This document shows positions 17,414 through 28,123 of a stretch of DNA of 64,000 nt, in pieces; positions within the stretch are counted from its first letter, which is position 1; every line of letters begins with the position of its first letter. A program made the position numbers and the translations under genes. The notes under the pieces are model-generated. The model was not told the origin of the DNA and did not search any database. It was given only the letters and a program-made list of their open reading frames with translations. The stretch is from Halorussus marinus (GTDB lineage Archaea > Halobacteriota > Halobacteria > Halobacteriales > Haladaptataceae). The stretch covers positions 124,001-188,000 of the forward strand of contig NZ_SBIV01000005.1 in assembly GCF_004765795.1 (NCBI RefSeq), read 5' to 3'.

Positions 17414-18691
17414 ATGGCTGAGGCGCACCTTGAGCCCGAAAACTGGTCGGCGCCCGACGACGTCCCGTGGACGCTACTGGGCCTCGACGGGCTCGTCGAC
17501 GCCTACCGGGCGGTCCTCGCGCCCGCGATGCGCGCGGACGGACTCGATCCCGAGGCCGGCCCGCCGAGCTACGAGTGGCTCCGCGAACACGGCTTTCGAC
17601 AGCTGATCTACGCTCTTCGCGAGCACCACGACCGGACGGTCGGGGAGTTCTGGCACGGGGAACTCGGCGTCGACTCCGGGACCGACGGCTACGACTGGGG
17701 AATCGACCACGAACCCACGATCGCGGCGCTGGAGGGGTTTCTCGACTCGAAGCGGTCCCGGGGGGGCCTCTCGGAGTCGTCGATCGACACGCTCCGCTAC
17801 CGGCTCGCGACGTACGTCCGGGCATACACCAAAGAGCGCGATACGGATGATCTCTTGGCGCCGGTCGCTCGCGACGGCGACGTGGCCCCCCACGAGGCCG
17901 TCGACGCGTGCTGGGCGGCCTTCGACCGCATCCACGCGGACTTCGACAGCGGCCGGACCAAGCGTCGGATCCACCGAGTGGTCGACGGCTGGTACGCCCA
18001 CCTGCTCAGGCGCAAGCGCGCCGCGGTCAACCCCGCGGACGGCCTCGACGAGGAGTACCGCTGGGAGGTTTCGGACGGCGATCCCTCGCGGCTGTCTGCC
18101 GACCACGTCCGGGCACTCTACGACGCCGCGGACGCCGAGCGCGACCGCCTGCTCGTGGTCGCGCTGTGTGCGTGGGGACTCCGTTCGGGCGAAGTGGCCG
18201 CGCTCCACCGGTCGAACGCGGTGCTCGACGACGACGGCGCGGAGGTTCCGTACCTCGACTTCGACGACCGGAAGAACGGGCCCGGGCAGGTGTCGTTGCT
18301 GTTCGGCGTCGCGTCGCTCCGGACCCGGATCGCGACCCTCGCCGACCGCCCCGAGTGGAACGGCTACCTCTTCCCGTCTGACCAGTCCGAGACGGGCCAT
18401 GTGAGCACCCAGACCGTCCGCAACCGATTCGACGCGCTCGCGTCGAGGGCGTCGCTTCCCGACGAGATCGACGGCCGGAAGCCGATCCCTCAGATGGGTC
18501 GGCGGTTCTGGTACGACGCCTACTCGTCGTCGCTCGAAATCGTCACCGACGGGCTCGAAGCCGTCGCGGCCGAACAGGGAAGTTCGAGCCCCGAGGTCGT
18601 CCTCCGGAACTACCTCTCTGCGGAGCGGGCCCGCAAGCTCCGGCGCGAACACATGCGCGAGCGACTGGCCGACGCGTTCCCGTCGCGATAG
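17414..18691 (+). CDS. tyrosine recombinase/integrase family protein (non-canonical motifs)
   Basis: WGLRSGEVAAL (Arg I), DRKNGPG (Lys), YLFPS, PQMGRRFW (Arg II), VVLRNYL (Tyr). Confidence 0.8.
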   Translation: MAEAHLEPENWSAPDDVPWTLLGLDGLVDAYRAVLAPAMRADGLDPEAGPPSYEWLREHGFRQLIYALREHHDRTVGEFWHGELGVDSGTDGYDWGIDHEPTIAALEGFLDSKRSRGGLSESSIDTLRYRLATYVRAYTKERDTDDLLAPVARDGDVAPHEAVDACWAAFDRIHADFDSGRTKRRIHRVVDGWYAHLLRRKRAAVNPADGLDEEYRWEVSDGDPSRLSADHVRALYDAADAERDRLLVVALCAWGLRSGEVAALHRSNAVLDDDGAEVPYLDFDDRKNGPGQVSLLFGVASLRTRIATLADRPEWNGYLFPSDQSETGHVSTQTVRNRFDALASRASLPDEIDGRKPIPQMGRRFWYDAYSSSLEIVTDGLEAVAAEQGSSSPEVVLRNYLSAERARKLRREHMRERLADAFPSR

Positions 18692-18861
18692 CCCCACGAG
18701 CGGCTCGAAACCGCGTAGCTGACCCGGACTTCGTGGAACGCTCTCTCGGTCGCGCTACCGCGGCGGTCGAATATATAACATAGTATCATCTGTTATCGAC
18801 TCGGGCCGTGTCGGCCACCTGATCGCGGGGATTTATCAGGTCGAACCCCCCAATACCGGGT

Positions 18862-19488
18862 ATGAGCGAAGAACCCCTGGACGAGTCTCTCTCGCGGACG
18901 AAGGTGGGGCGGCTCATCGCGGAGTACGACCTGCCCGCGGAGTTCGGCGCCCGACTCGAAGCCCGCTGGACCGGCGATGAGACCGAGCGGCTGAGCCTCC
19001 GGGACCTCGCGGACCTGTTCAACCGCCGGCTCCTGGAGGCGGCGATGGCCGACGCGGACCTGTCGTCGGTCGCGGGCGAGGTCGAGAACCTCTACGCGCT
19101 GTTGACCGGCGACGACGCGAGCGCGGGCGACCGGACCGAGGCCGAGAACCGCCTCGAACGCGCCGGGATCGACGTCGAGGCGCTCCGCGAGGACTTCGTC
19201 ACCTATCAGGCGATCCGAACCTACCTACAGCGCCGAGGTGCGGAGTACGAACAGCCGACCGACGAGGAACAGGTCCGGAAGGACCGCGACCGGATCCGCG
19301 GGCTCCGGACCAAGACGGCGACGATCACGGAGGATCGGATCGCGTCGCTCCGGAACACCGGCCGACTCGACCTCGACGAGTTTCGGGTCTTCGTCGACGT
19401 GAACGTCCTCTGTGAGTCGTGTCTCACTCGATACTCGATCGAGGAGCTGTTCGAGCAGGGCGGCTGTTCGTGCCGACAGGAGTCGTAA
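18862..19488 (+). CDS. rdfA: rod-determining factor RdfA-like protein
   Basis: KVGRLIAEYDL, SLRDLADLFNRRLL, DFVTYQAIRTYL, C-terminal CESC...GGCSC. Confidence 0.8.
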   Translation: MSEEPLDESLSRTKVGRLIAEYDLPAEFGARLEARWTGDETERLSLRDLADLFNRRLLEAAMADADLSSVAGEVENLYALLTGDDASAGDRTEAENRLERAGIDVEALREDFVTYQAIRTYLQRRGAEYEQPTDEEQVRKDRDRIRGLRTKTATITEDRIASLRNTGRLDLDEFRVFVDVNVLCESCLTRYSIEELFEQGGCSCRQES

Positions 19489-19672
19489 GGCCGCCGGGGT
19501 CGGCTCGCTCGTGTCGGTCCGGACTGTTCGGACCACTCGGCTCAGCTCCGGGCCTCTCGCGCGCTTCCGACCCTTGCGGTCGGGCTGTATCCCGTCGAGA
19601 CGGCGTCTTTCGGATGTCGGAAACACTGTCCGAATATCCGGGATTTAAGCCGTCGGGCGGCGACCGGGGCGT

Positions 19673-20440
19673 ATGGAATGCGACCCCGAATCGGTGGCGA
19701 CGACCACCGAAACGTCGTTCGCGGTCGTCGAGGCTATCCGGACGCTCGACGGGGCCACGGCCGAGGAGCTCTCCGAGCATCTCGAACTGGCGCCGAGCAC
19801 GGTCCACCGCCATCTCGCGACCCTGCGCAAACACAGCTACGTCACCAGAGACGCGGGCGAGTACCGCGTCGGCTTTCAGTTCCTCACGCTCGGGGGTTAC
19901 GCCCAGCGCCGAGTCACCGCGTACCCGATGATCAAGGAGAAAGTCGACGCGCTCGCCGAGGAGACCGGCGAGCGAGCCCAGTTCATCGTTGAGGAGCACG
20001 GCTGGCGGGTGTACCTCTACACCGAGGTCGGCCAGAGCTCGGTCCAGACCGGCGCGCACGTCGGCAAGCGGGGCGTGCTCCACGCGAGCGCCGCGGGCAA
20101 GGCGATCCTCGCGAACCTCGGTCGCGAGCGGGTCGAGGAGATCGTCGACTGTCGCGGACTCCCCGAACCCGGGACGAACACCATCGCCGACCGCGAGTCG
20201 CTGTTCGACGAGCTCGACCGGGTCCGCGATCGGGGGTACGCGTTCAATCGGGAGGAGACGACCGCCGGCGTCCACGCCGTCGGCGCGGCGGTCACGGACG
20301 GTGCGGGCGAGGTCGTGGGCGCGCTCAGCGTCTCGGGGCCTGCCAATCGACTGACCGGCGAGGCCTTCACCGAGGCGCTCCCCGAGCGCATCCTCGAAGC
20401 CGTCAACGAGCTGGAACTACACATCGAACACTCGATGTGA
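19673..20440 (+). CDS. IclR family transcriptional regulator
   Basis: APSTVHRHLATL HTH, HASAAGKAILA, GYAFNREE, GALSVSGP. Confidence 0.93.
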   Translation: MECDPESVATTTETSFAVVEAIRTLDGATAEELSEHLELAPSTVHRHLATLRKHSYVTRDAGEYRVGFQFLTLGGYAQRRVTAYPMIKEKVDALAEETGERAQFIVEEHGWRVYLYTEVGQSSVQTGAHVGKRGVLHASAAGKAILANLGRERVEEIVDCRGLPEPGTNTIADRESLFDELDRVRDRGYAFNREETTAGVHAVGAAVTDGAGEVVGALSVSGPANRLTGEAFTEALPERILEAVNELELHIEHSM

Positions 20441-20552
20441 CTCGCCTCTCGGCCCGAACGGTCGGCCGACCGGCCAAGATCCCGCGACGGGGGTCGCGCG
20501 CTCGGCCCCGAGTGACCAGTAGACTTATCAAGTAATCCGCGAAGTGTTGGAT

Positions 20553-21812
20553 ATGAAGACCGACGAAACGGGACGACACCGACCGCTCGAAGACGTCCTC
20601 GTCGTCGATCTGACCACGTTCGTCACCGGCGGGTTCGCGACCATGATGTTGGCCAATCAGGGCGCGGACGTGATCAAGGTCGAGCGCCCGGGGGTCGGCG
20701 ACGCCTCCCGCTACGCCGGACCGCCGTTCGTCGACGCCGAGGACTACGACGGGCCCGGGCGGGCCGCGGCCGCCGAGGGAGAGTCGCCGTACTTCTGGAC
20801 GGTCAACTACGGCAAGCGGAGCATCGAACTCGACCTCACGGACGCCGACGGCCGCGGGGCGCTGTACGACCTCGTCTCGGAGGCCGACGTGGTCGTCGAG
20901 AACTTCCGGCCCGGGACCGCCGCGAAACTCGGCGTCGACTACGAGACGCTCCGCGAGCGCAACGAGGGGCTCGTCTACTGCTCGATCTCGGCGTTCGGCG
21001 AGACGGGGCCGTGGCGCGACCGCGCCGGCTACGATCTGCTGGTCCAGGGGCTCAGCGGGATCATGAGCGTGACCGGCGAGGCCGACGGCCCGCCGGCCAA
21101 GGTCGGGCTCCCACAGACCGACCTCATCACCGCGATGTGGGCGGCGTTCGGCACGGTCACCGCGCTGTACGACCGCGAACGGACCGGCGAGGGCGAACGC
21201 GTCGAACTCGGGATGCTCGACGCCGCGCTCCCGTGGCTCACCAAGCAGGCCGGCAAGACGTTCGTCGGCGAGGAGCCCGAACGCATGGGGACCAAAGACC
21301 CCGTGCTCGCCCCGTACCAGATGTTCCCCACCGCCGACGGTCACGTCACCGTCGCCTGCGGCAACCAGAGCCTCTGGGAGGAGTTCTGCGAGGCGATCGA
21401 TCGCGAGGACCTGCTCGACGACGACCGGTTCGCCACCAACGCCGACCGGGTGGCGCACATGGACGAACTCGAAGCCGAACTCTCGGCGGTGCTCGAACGC
21501 CGCCCAACCGACGAATGGGTCGACCTGCTCGCCGAGGAGCGCGGCCTCCCGGTCGGCCCGGTCTTCGACGTCGGGGCGGCGCTCGACAACGAGCAGGTCG
21601 AGGCCCGCGGCGTCGTCGACGCGGTCGAGCACCCCGCGGTCGGCGAGATTCCCGTCGTCGAACACCCGCTCAACTACGACCGGGCCGACGCCGGCTTCGA
21701 CCGGGCGCCGCCCCTGCTCGGCGAGCACACCGTCGACGTGTTGCTCGGACTCGGCTACGACGAGTCCCGAATCGTCGAACTCATCGAAGACGGCGTCATT
21801 CCCGAACCGTAA
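20553..21812 (+). CDS. CaiB/BaiF class III CoA transferase
   Basis: GADVIKVERPG, NYGKRSIELDL, DVVVENFRPG, GYDLLVQGLSG, PPLLGEHT. Confidence 0.93.
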   Translation: MKTDETGRHRPLEDVLVVDLTTFVTGGFATMMLANQGADVIKVERPGVGDASRYAGPPFVDAEDYDGPGRAAAAEGESPYFWTVNYGKRSIELDLTDADGRGALYDLVSEADVVVENFRPGTAAKLGVDYETLRERNEGLVYCSISAFGETGPWRDRAGYDLLVQGLSGIMSVTGEADGPPAKVGLPQTDLITAMWAAFGTVTALYDRERTGEGERVELGMLDAALPWLTKQAGKTFVGEEPERMGTKDPVLAPYQMFPTADGHVTVACGNQSLWEEFCEAIDREDLLDDDRFATNADRVAHMDELEAELSAVLERRPTDEWVDLLAEERGLPVGPVFDVGAALDNEQVEARGVVDAVEHPAVGEIPVVEHPLNYDRADAGFDRAPPLLGEHTVDVLLGLGYDESRIVELIEDGVIPEP

Positions 21813-21911
21813 CGGATCGTCCACGATGGGGTGTCGGTCGGTCGGCGCGGCTCTCGCCGACCGGTCGTCCGCAGTCGCCGTCCAGGAGAGATCGGAAAGA
21901 GAGCGAAGTTC

Positions 21912-23711
21912 TCAGAAGTTCTCCGGGTTGGGCGTCTCCCCTTCCGGCCAGGCCTCCAGCTCGGCGCCCGGCGGGTAGTGGAGCCTGCCCTGGTCGTCCC
22001 AGCCCCAGCCCGCGTCCGAGAGGGCCTGGCGGGCGGCCTCGACGTTGCGAGTCTCCTCGCCCACTTCGGTTAGGTACTGTTCGTCGTACCAGGGGTGTTG
22101 CTGGGAGTTGAAGGTGCAGTAGGTGACCTCTTCGGACTCGCCGAATGCGTAGGTCTCGTTGAGGCCCTGGCGGTCGACCGCGTACGACAGCGCCTGACGG
22201 AACTCTCGGAACATCCCGGGCGCGAACGACATCTGGGGCATCATCCCGAACGGGAGGAACGCCGCCCCGTTGACGATCTGGGCTGTGTCGCCCATGCTGT
22301 CGGCGATCTGGCGGCCCGCGTCCGGAGTCAGCGTCACCGCGATGCTCAGTTCGCCGTTCTCGAACGCTCGGCGGACCGCGGAGACGCTGTCGTAGATCTG
22401 CATGACGATCGGCGTCTCCACCTGGAACTGGGGATTCCCGTCGTGGGGCTCCAGCGCGATGTTCTCCTGATTGTTGTACGTCGAGATCCGGTACGGGCCG
22501 GCCCCGATCATCGGATCCTCGAAGTCGGTCGGGTTCTCCTCGATGCCCGCCTCGACGTAGGGATCGCGCGGTAGCACGCCGAACGTCGGCAGCTGGGCCG
22601 TCACCAGCGTCGGGGCCGGGTCCGGCGTGACGAACCGTGCCGTGCTGTCGTCGACGGCCTCGACGGTCAGCTCCTCGGGCAGCGCCGTCCACTGGTAGTT
22701 GCCCGCGTGGTACTGTTCGCTCAGGAACTCGTAGGTCCACTTCACGTCCCCGGCCGTCACCGGGTCGCCGTTGTGGAAGGTCGCGTCACGGAGGTTGAAC
22801 GTCACCTCCGTCCCGTCGTCGGACACCTCCCAGTCCTCGGCCAGCACGGGCACCCGCTCGTAGTCGGAGTTGTACAGCATCAGCGGCGAGTGGGTCAGTT
22901 GCGTGTACAGCCCCAGCGAGTCGGTGTCGCCGACCGTCGGGTAGAAGCTGCTGGTGAGGAACTCGCCGGGCAGGTTCGCCAGGATGGTGTCGGTCCCCGA
23001 CTGGGTCTGGGCCCCGCTCTCGACCAGCGCCGACCAGTTGACGGCCGAGAGCCCGGCGCCGCCGGCTTCGATCGGCTGGACCATGTCGGTGTTGAGCGCG
23101 GCGGTCGTCGGCCGTTCGATCGTCGGCACGAACGGCATGTCCTCCGAGTAGATGCTCATCGCCTCGCCGACGACCTGCCGGCGCTCCTCCGGGACCCCGA
23201 TCGTGGCCTGCTGGTCCACCAGCTCCGAGAACTCCGCGTTGGCGTAGTTCGAGGGGTTGTACTCACCGTTCGCCCCCGCCCGGTCGATGCTGTACGACTG
23301 CAGGAGGTTGTTGGGATCGAGCCGGCCCGGGTCCGGGCCGTGGCTGTTGACCGCGACGTGAAAGTCGCGCACGTCGTCGCCGACCGCGGTGATCCCTTGG
23401 GCCGTGGTCATCGGCTGGGTCTCGATCTGGATACCGAGGTCGGAGGCCACCGACTGGATGTTCGAGATGGTCTCCTCGAACAGGACCGTCGGCGGCCCCT
23501 GGTCGGACCAGTACTGGAACGTTAGCGTCGGTACCCGTTCGCCTAGTTCGCCGTCATCCGCCGCCGTCCCGGTCTCCTGACCGCCCCCCTCGGTCGTCGT
23601 CTCCTGGCGACCGCTGCCGCTACAGCCCGCCAGCCCCGCGGCCGAGGCGGCGCCGATCGCCTGCAGGACTCTCCGTCTGTCGACACTCTCCCGTTTGCCA
23701 TCTGTTGGCAT
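21912..23711 (-). CDS. Dpp/Opp-type ABC substrate-binding lipoprotein
   Basis: DRRRVL Tat signal, LAGC, LRDATFHNGDPVTAGDVKWT, IGAGPYRI. Confidence 0.88.
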   Translation of the reverse strand: MPTDGKRESVDRRRVLQAIGAASAAGLAGCSGSGRQETTTEGGGQETGTAADDGELGERVPTLTFQYWSDQGPPTVLFEETISNIQSVASDLGIQIETQPMTTAQGITAVGDDVRDFHVAVNSHGPDPGRLDPNNLLQSYSIDRAGANGEYNPSNYANAEFSELVDQQATIGVPEERRQVVGEAMSIYSEDMPFVPTIERPTTAALNTDMVQPIEAGGAGLSAVNWSALVESGAQTQSGTDTILANLPGEFLTSSFYPTVGDTDSLGLYTQLTHSPLMLYNSDYERVPVLAEDWEVSDDGTEVTFNLRDATFHNGDPVTAGDVKWTYEFLSEQYHAGNYQWTALPEELTVEAVDDSTARFVTPDPAPTLVTAQLPTFGVLPRDPYVEAGIEENPTDFEDPMIGAGPYRISTYNNQENIALEPHDGNPQFQVETPIVMQIYDSVSAVRRAFENGELSIAVTLTPDAGRQIADSMGDTAQIVNGAAFLPFGMMPQMSFAPGMFREFRQALSYAVDRQGLNETYAFGESEEVTYCTFNSQQHPWYDEQYLTEVGEETRNVEAARQALSDAGWGWDDQGRLHYPPGAELEAWPEGETPNPENF

Positions 23712-23966
23712 GGGGCGTAAGTCTCCACGGATAGCTAAAAGAATACCGGTGACATTGAACATATCTCCTCGCTTATTTTCCGGGGACGGTAGAAACTACA
23801 TTCTGTTTAATTATCAATTATATAGTTAATTTCGATCTTTTCCAAAGTAACTCCGACGCTCGGCGGTCCGTGCCGGCCCGTCTCGATGGCGATCGCGATC
23901 TCGGCGGTCTCCCCAGTCGCGTCTCCCGGACCAAAGGCGACCGGAACCGGGAGGTCTCGGACGGGG

Positions 23967-24968
23967 CTACTCGCCGTCGCTGCCGCTGACCGAGACCCGC
24001 GGGTCGAGCACCCCGTAGAGCAGGTCGACGAGGAAGTTCCCGAGGATCACCCAGACGGCGGCGACGAGGAACACGAACTGGATGACCGGGAAGTCCCGCG
24101 CGAGGACCGAACTGACCAGAAGCGAGCCGATTCCGGGCCAGTTGAACACGATCTCGATCAGGACGAGCCCGCTGATCGAGGCCGCGAGCGAGATGGGGTA
24201 GAGCGTGACGACCGGGAGGGAGGCGTGGCGAATGATCTTGCGCAGCAGCGTCGACTCCGGCAGGCCCTTCAATCGGTGGTAGTGGAGAAACTCCTGGTCG
24301 CTGACCTCGACGACGCTGTTGCGCATGATCAGGGCGGGGTACTGCATGAAGTACAGCATCACCGTCGCGAACGGGAGCGCGTAGTGCTTCCAGAACTCCG
24401 GCAGGAGGAACCGGCGCCAGTAGGGCTGGTCCTGGATCATGATCGACGTCGGCGTCGAGAGCATCCCCGACGTGGGGAAGATCCCCAGCGTCGAGGAGAA
24501 CACCGCGATCAGGATGATACCCAGGAAGAAGTCGGGGATCGAGTGGAACGCCGAGACGGTGATGATCCCCGATTTCTCGAGGTAGCCGCCGCGGCGCCGG
24601 CCCATGATCGCGCCGAACAGCCCGCCGATGATGTACGTCGCGGTGATCGCAGGCGCGACAAGCACGAACGAGTTGAGGATCCGGGGCGCGACCAGATCCC
24701 AGACCGGCTCCCCGTAGCGAAACGACTGGCCGACGTCGGCCGTCAGGAGGTTCACGATGTACCGGACGTACTGGACGTGAAGCGGCGCGGCGAGTCCCCA
24801 CTTGCGTCGCAGGGCCTCGATCTGCTGGGGATCCATCCCTTGCTGGATCAAAAGCGAGGTGTAATCGCCCGGCATCAGCCGGAAGAACAGGAACAGCGCG
24901 GAGGCGACGAGGAAGATCAGCACCGCCGTCACCGCCGTCCGCCGGGCGAAGTACCGCAGGCGGCTCAC
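23967..24968 (-). CDS. ABC peptide transporter permease (DppB-like)
   Basis: LMPGD, GQSFRYGEPV, IEIVFNWPGIG, RDFPVIQ. Confidence 0.92.
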   Translation of the reverse strand: MSRLRYFARRTAVTAVLIFLVASALFLFFRLMPGDYTSLLIQQGMDPQQIEALRRKWGLAAPLHVQYVRYIVNLLTADVGQSFRYGEPVWDLVAPRILNSFVLVAPAITATYIIGGLFGAIMGRRRGGYLEKSGIITVSAFHSIPDFFLGIILIAVFSSTLGIFPTSGMLSTPTSIMIQDQPYWRRFLLPEFWKHYALPFATVMLYFMQYPALIMRNSVVEVSDQEFLHYHRLKGLPESTLLRKIIRHASLPVVTLYPISLAASISGLVLIEIVFNWPGIGSLLVSSVLARDFPVIQFVFLVAAVWVILGNFLVDLLYGVLDPRVSVSGSDGE

Positions 24969-26026
24969 GGGCGCTCACCCCCGTCGCTCGCGGCCGGCTT
25001 GGGTTCGGCGCCCGCCCGCTCCTCGTGGTCGTAGTAGAGGTGACAGGCGACCTCGCGGTCCCCGTCGCCGTCCGGCGCGACGTCGAGGGGCGTCTCGTCG
25101 CAGACGTCCATCCGTTCGGGACACCGGTTCTTGAACCGGCACCCCTCCGGCATGTCTATCGGGTCACCGGGCTCGCCGCCGATGGTCGCCTGCTCGCGGT
25201 CGTAGTGCGGGTCGGGAATCGGAATAGATCGGATCAGCGCCTGCGTGTAGGGGTGTTTCGGGTCGGCGAGCAGCGCCCTGGTCGGGGCCTTCTCGACGAT
25301 CCGCCCGAGGTACATCACGTTGATGTGGTCGCAGATGTACGACACCGTCGACAGATCGTGAGAAATGTACACCATCGACACCCCGAACTCGTCTGTCAGC
25401 TCGTTCAACAGGTTCAGGATCTCGGCCTGGGTCGACACGTCGAGCATCGACGCGGGCTCGTCGGCGAGGATCACGTCGGGCTCGGTGATCAGCGCCCGCG
25501 CGATGGCGACCCGCTGTTTCTCCCCGCCCGAGAGCTGGTTCGGGAACTGCTGGATGTACTGGCTCGCGGGCGTCAGTCCGACGCTCTCTAGCATCTCCTC
25601 GATGTCGGTCCGGTCGTAGTCGATGCCGTGGATCTCCAGGGGCTCTGCCAGCGTGCGGCGCACGCTGAACTTCGGGTCGAGCGAGTTGAACGGATCCTGG
25701 AAGACGATCTGGACGTGCCGGCGGAACTCCTTCCACTCGTCTTTGGTGAACTCCGAGGTCGGTCGGCCGTGGAACCGCATCTCGCCGCCGGTCGGATCGT
25801 AGAGCCCGATGATCGTCCGCAGCAGCGTCGTCTTCCCACAGCCGCTCTCGCCGATCACGCCCTGGACCTGATTTTCCGCCAGCGTCAGGTTCAGGTCGTC
25901 GACCGCCCGCACCAGCTTGGGCCCCTCGCCGACGAGCCGATTTCTGATGGTCTCGGTGATCCCCGAGGTCGTGTCGAAGTGCTTTTCGAGCGACCGCAGT
26001 TCGAGGACCGGCGCCCCGTCGCTCAC
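24965..26026 (-). CDS. ABC peptide transporter ATPase (DppF-like)
   Basis: GESGCGKT, LSGGEKQR, ADEP, GCRFKNRC; GTG start at 26026. Confidence 0.92.
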   Translation of the reverse strand: MSDGAPVLELRSLEKHFDTTSGITETIRNRLVGEGPKLVRAVDDLNLTLAENQVQGVIGESGCGKTTLLRTIIGLYDPTGGEMRFHGRPTSEFTKDEWKEFRRHVQIVFQDPFNSLDPKFSVRRTLAEPLEIHGIDYDRTDIEEMLESVGLTPASQYIQQFPNQLSGGEKQRVAIARALITEPDVILADEPASMLDVSTQAEILNLLNELTDEFGVSMVYISHDLSTVSYICDHINVMYLGRIVEKAPTRALLADPKHPYTQALIRSIPIPDPHYDREQATIGGEPGDPIDMPEGCRFKNRCPERMDVCDETPLDVAPDGDGDREVACHLYYDHEERAGAEPKPAASDGGERP

Positions 26027-27063
26027 TGTCCTCCCTCCAGAATGCTCGTCGACTCGGTCGAGCGTTCGAGGTGGTTCGCGGCGAGCTCCGACATCTCGCC
26101 GGCTCGGACGCACCACGCGAGGTGGTCGTCGTCGCCGGCGACCGGGGTGGCCGGCGGCGCGCCCTCCCGGCAGGCGGGCTCGGCCCACGGACACCGATCG
26201 GCGAACGTACAGAAGTCAACTTCGTCGCGCAGTTGGGGCGGGTGGCCGTCGATCACGGCCAGCTCTCGGTCCGGGAAGCGCACGTCGGGAAACGCGTTCT
26301 GGAGCAAGATCGCGTACGGGTGGCGCGGCCGGTCGAACACGTCGTCGACGGTGCCGGTCTCGGCGATCTGGCCCCCGTGCATCACCGCCATCGAGTCGCA
26401 GTTCTCGAACACCAGCGAGATGTCGTGGGTGATCAACAGCATGCTGACGTCCCAGTCGTCTTTCAGGCCGTTGATATAGTCCATGATCTGATCCTGCATG
26501 ATCACGTCGAGCGCGGTCGTCGGCTCGTCGGCGATGATCAGACTCGGCTGCAGAAACAGCGCGAACGCGATGATCGCCCGCTGTTGCATCCCGCCGGAGA
26601 ACTGGTGGGGGTAGTCGCTTATCCGGGACTCCGAAAGCCCGACCACGTCGAACAGCTCCCGGAGGCGGTCGAGCGCCGCCGGCCTCGAGAGGTCGGTGTG
26701 GTACTTCGCCATCTCGACGGCCTGCTCGCTCAGTTTCATCACGGGATCGAGACTGTTCATCGACGACTGGGGGATCACCGAGACCTCCTTCCAGCGGACG
26801 TTCTCGTTGAACTCCGACTCGGAGTAGTCCTGAATCTGCTCGCCCTTGAACCGGATCTCCCCGGAGACGACTTCCCCGTTGTCGTCGAGGCCGCCGACGA
26901 TCGAGTCGGCGATGGTGCTCTTGCCGCACCCGCTCTCGCCGACCAGCCCGAAGTAGTCGCCCTCGTCGATCGCGAACGAGGCGCCGTTGACCGCGCGGAC
27001 GTCGTCGCCGTCGGTCCGGTAGCGGATGTCGACGTCGTCGAATTCGAGTATCGGTTCGGCCAT
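26023..27063 (-). CDS. ABC peptide transporter ATPase (DppD-like)
   Basis: GESGCGKS, FSGGMQQR, ADEPTTALD. Confidence 0.92.
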   Translation of the reverse strand: MAEPILEFDDVDIRYRTDGDDVRAVNGASFAIDEGDYFGLVGESGCGKSTIADSIVGGLDDNGEVVSGEIRFKGEQIQDYSESEFNENVRWKEVSVIPQSSMNSLDPVMKLSEQAVEMAKYHTDLSRPAALDRLRELFDVVGLSESRISDYPHQFSGGMQQRAIIAFALFLQPSLIIADEPTTALDVIMQDQIMDYINGLKDDWDVSMLLITHDISLVFENCDSMAVMHGGQIAETGTVDDVFDRPRHPYAILLQNAFPDVRFPDRELAVIDGHPPQLRDEVDFCTFADRCPWAEPACREGAPPATPVAGDDDHLAWCVRAGEMSELAANHLERSTESTSILEGGQ

Positions 27064-27064
27064 C

Positions 27065-27967
27065 TCAGACCACCACCTCGTCGTCGCCGCCGCCCTCGTA
27101 GCCCCGCCCGAGCAGGTACAGCGACAGGACGGTCAGCGCGATCATGATTCCCGGCGGGAACGACCACCACCACGCGTCCGCGACCCGCCCGGCCTGATTG
27201 GCGTTGCGGATCATGATCCCCCACGTCGGCGTGAACGGGTCGGTGACGCCGATGAACGACAGGCCCGCCTGCTCTAGGATCGCCAACCCGACGCCCATCG
27301 CGAAAAACAGCCCGGCCATGTTGGCGATGTTCGGCAGGATGTGCTTGCGCATGATCCACGGCGTACTCGCGCCGGAGGCCCGCGCGGCCATGATGTATGG
27401 CCGTTGTTTGATCTGAAGCACCTGCGAGCGTATCACCCGAGCGATGAACCGCCAGAGCACGAGCCCGAGGATCGCGATCGTGGTGTAAAAGCCCGCGCCG
27501 AAGAACGTGATGAGGACGATCGCGAACGGGATGAACGGGATACCGTACATGAAGTCGACCAGCCGCATGAGGAGGCTCTCGGTCTTCCCCCCGACGTAGC
27601 CGGCGGTCATTCCCACCGACAGCCCGACCGTCATCATCAGCCCCCCCGCGAGAAGCCCGGTGATCAGAGTCGTCCGGGCCCCGATCAGAAGCCGCGAGAG
27701 CACGTCTTCTCCCCGATCGTTGGTCCCCAGCGGGTGTTCGAGCGACGGCGGCTCGTACCGCATCAGCTCCCCGCTCGCGGTCGTCTGTTGCTCGTTGTAC
27801 GGGTACGGCGCGATCATCGGTCCGACCACTCCGAGGATCAGAACCACTAGCAACACCCCGAACGCGAACCGGGTGATGCGCTCGGAGAGGAGATTTCGGA
27901 GCGTCCGCCGAGCGATGATCGCGAAGTCGCTGTCCCGGTACGCTCGGACCCGCTCCGCGACGCTCAT
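27065..27967 (-). CDS. ABC peptide transporter permease (DppC-like)
   Basis: HPLGTNDRGEDV, KHILPN, LSFIG. Confidence 0.92.
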   Translation of the reverse strand: MSVAERVRAYRDSDFAIIARRTLRNLLSERITRFAFGVLLVVLILGVVGPMIAPYPYNEQQTTASGELMRYEPPSLEHPLGTNDRGEDVLSRLLIGARTTLITGLLAGGLMMTVGLSVGMTAGYVGGKTESLLMRLVDFMYGIPFIPFAIVLITFFGAGFYTTIAILGLVLWRFIARVIRSQVLQIKQRPYIMAARASGASTPWIMRKHILPNIANMAGLFFAMGVGLAILEQAGLSFIGVTDPFTPTWGIMIRNANQAGRVADAWWWSFPPGIMIALTVLSLYLLGRGYEGGGDDEVVV

Positions 27968-28123
27968 CGGTACCCCCACGGCCCCACGGCGCAGTAATCA
28001 CACTCTCCGTCGACGGTCATGATTTGCCATGTGTAAACACACCGCAACTGGTAAAAAGATTGTGCTGGGGCCGTCCCCGTCCGGATTCCCCACGGGAGTC
28101 GGTCCCGATCCGCGCCCGGGGGT

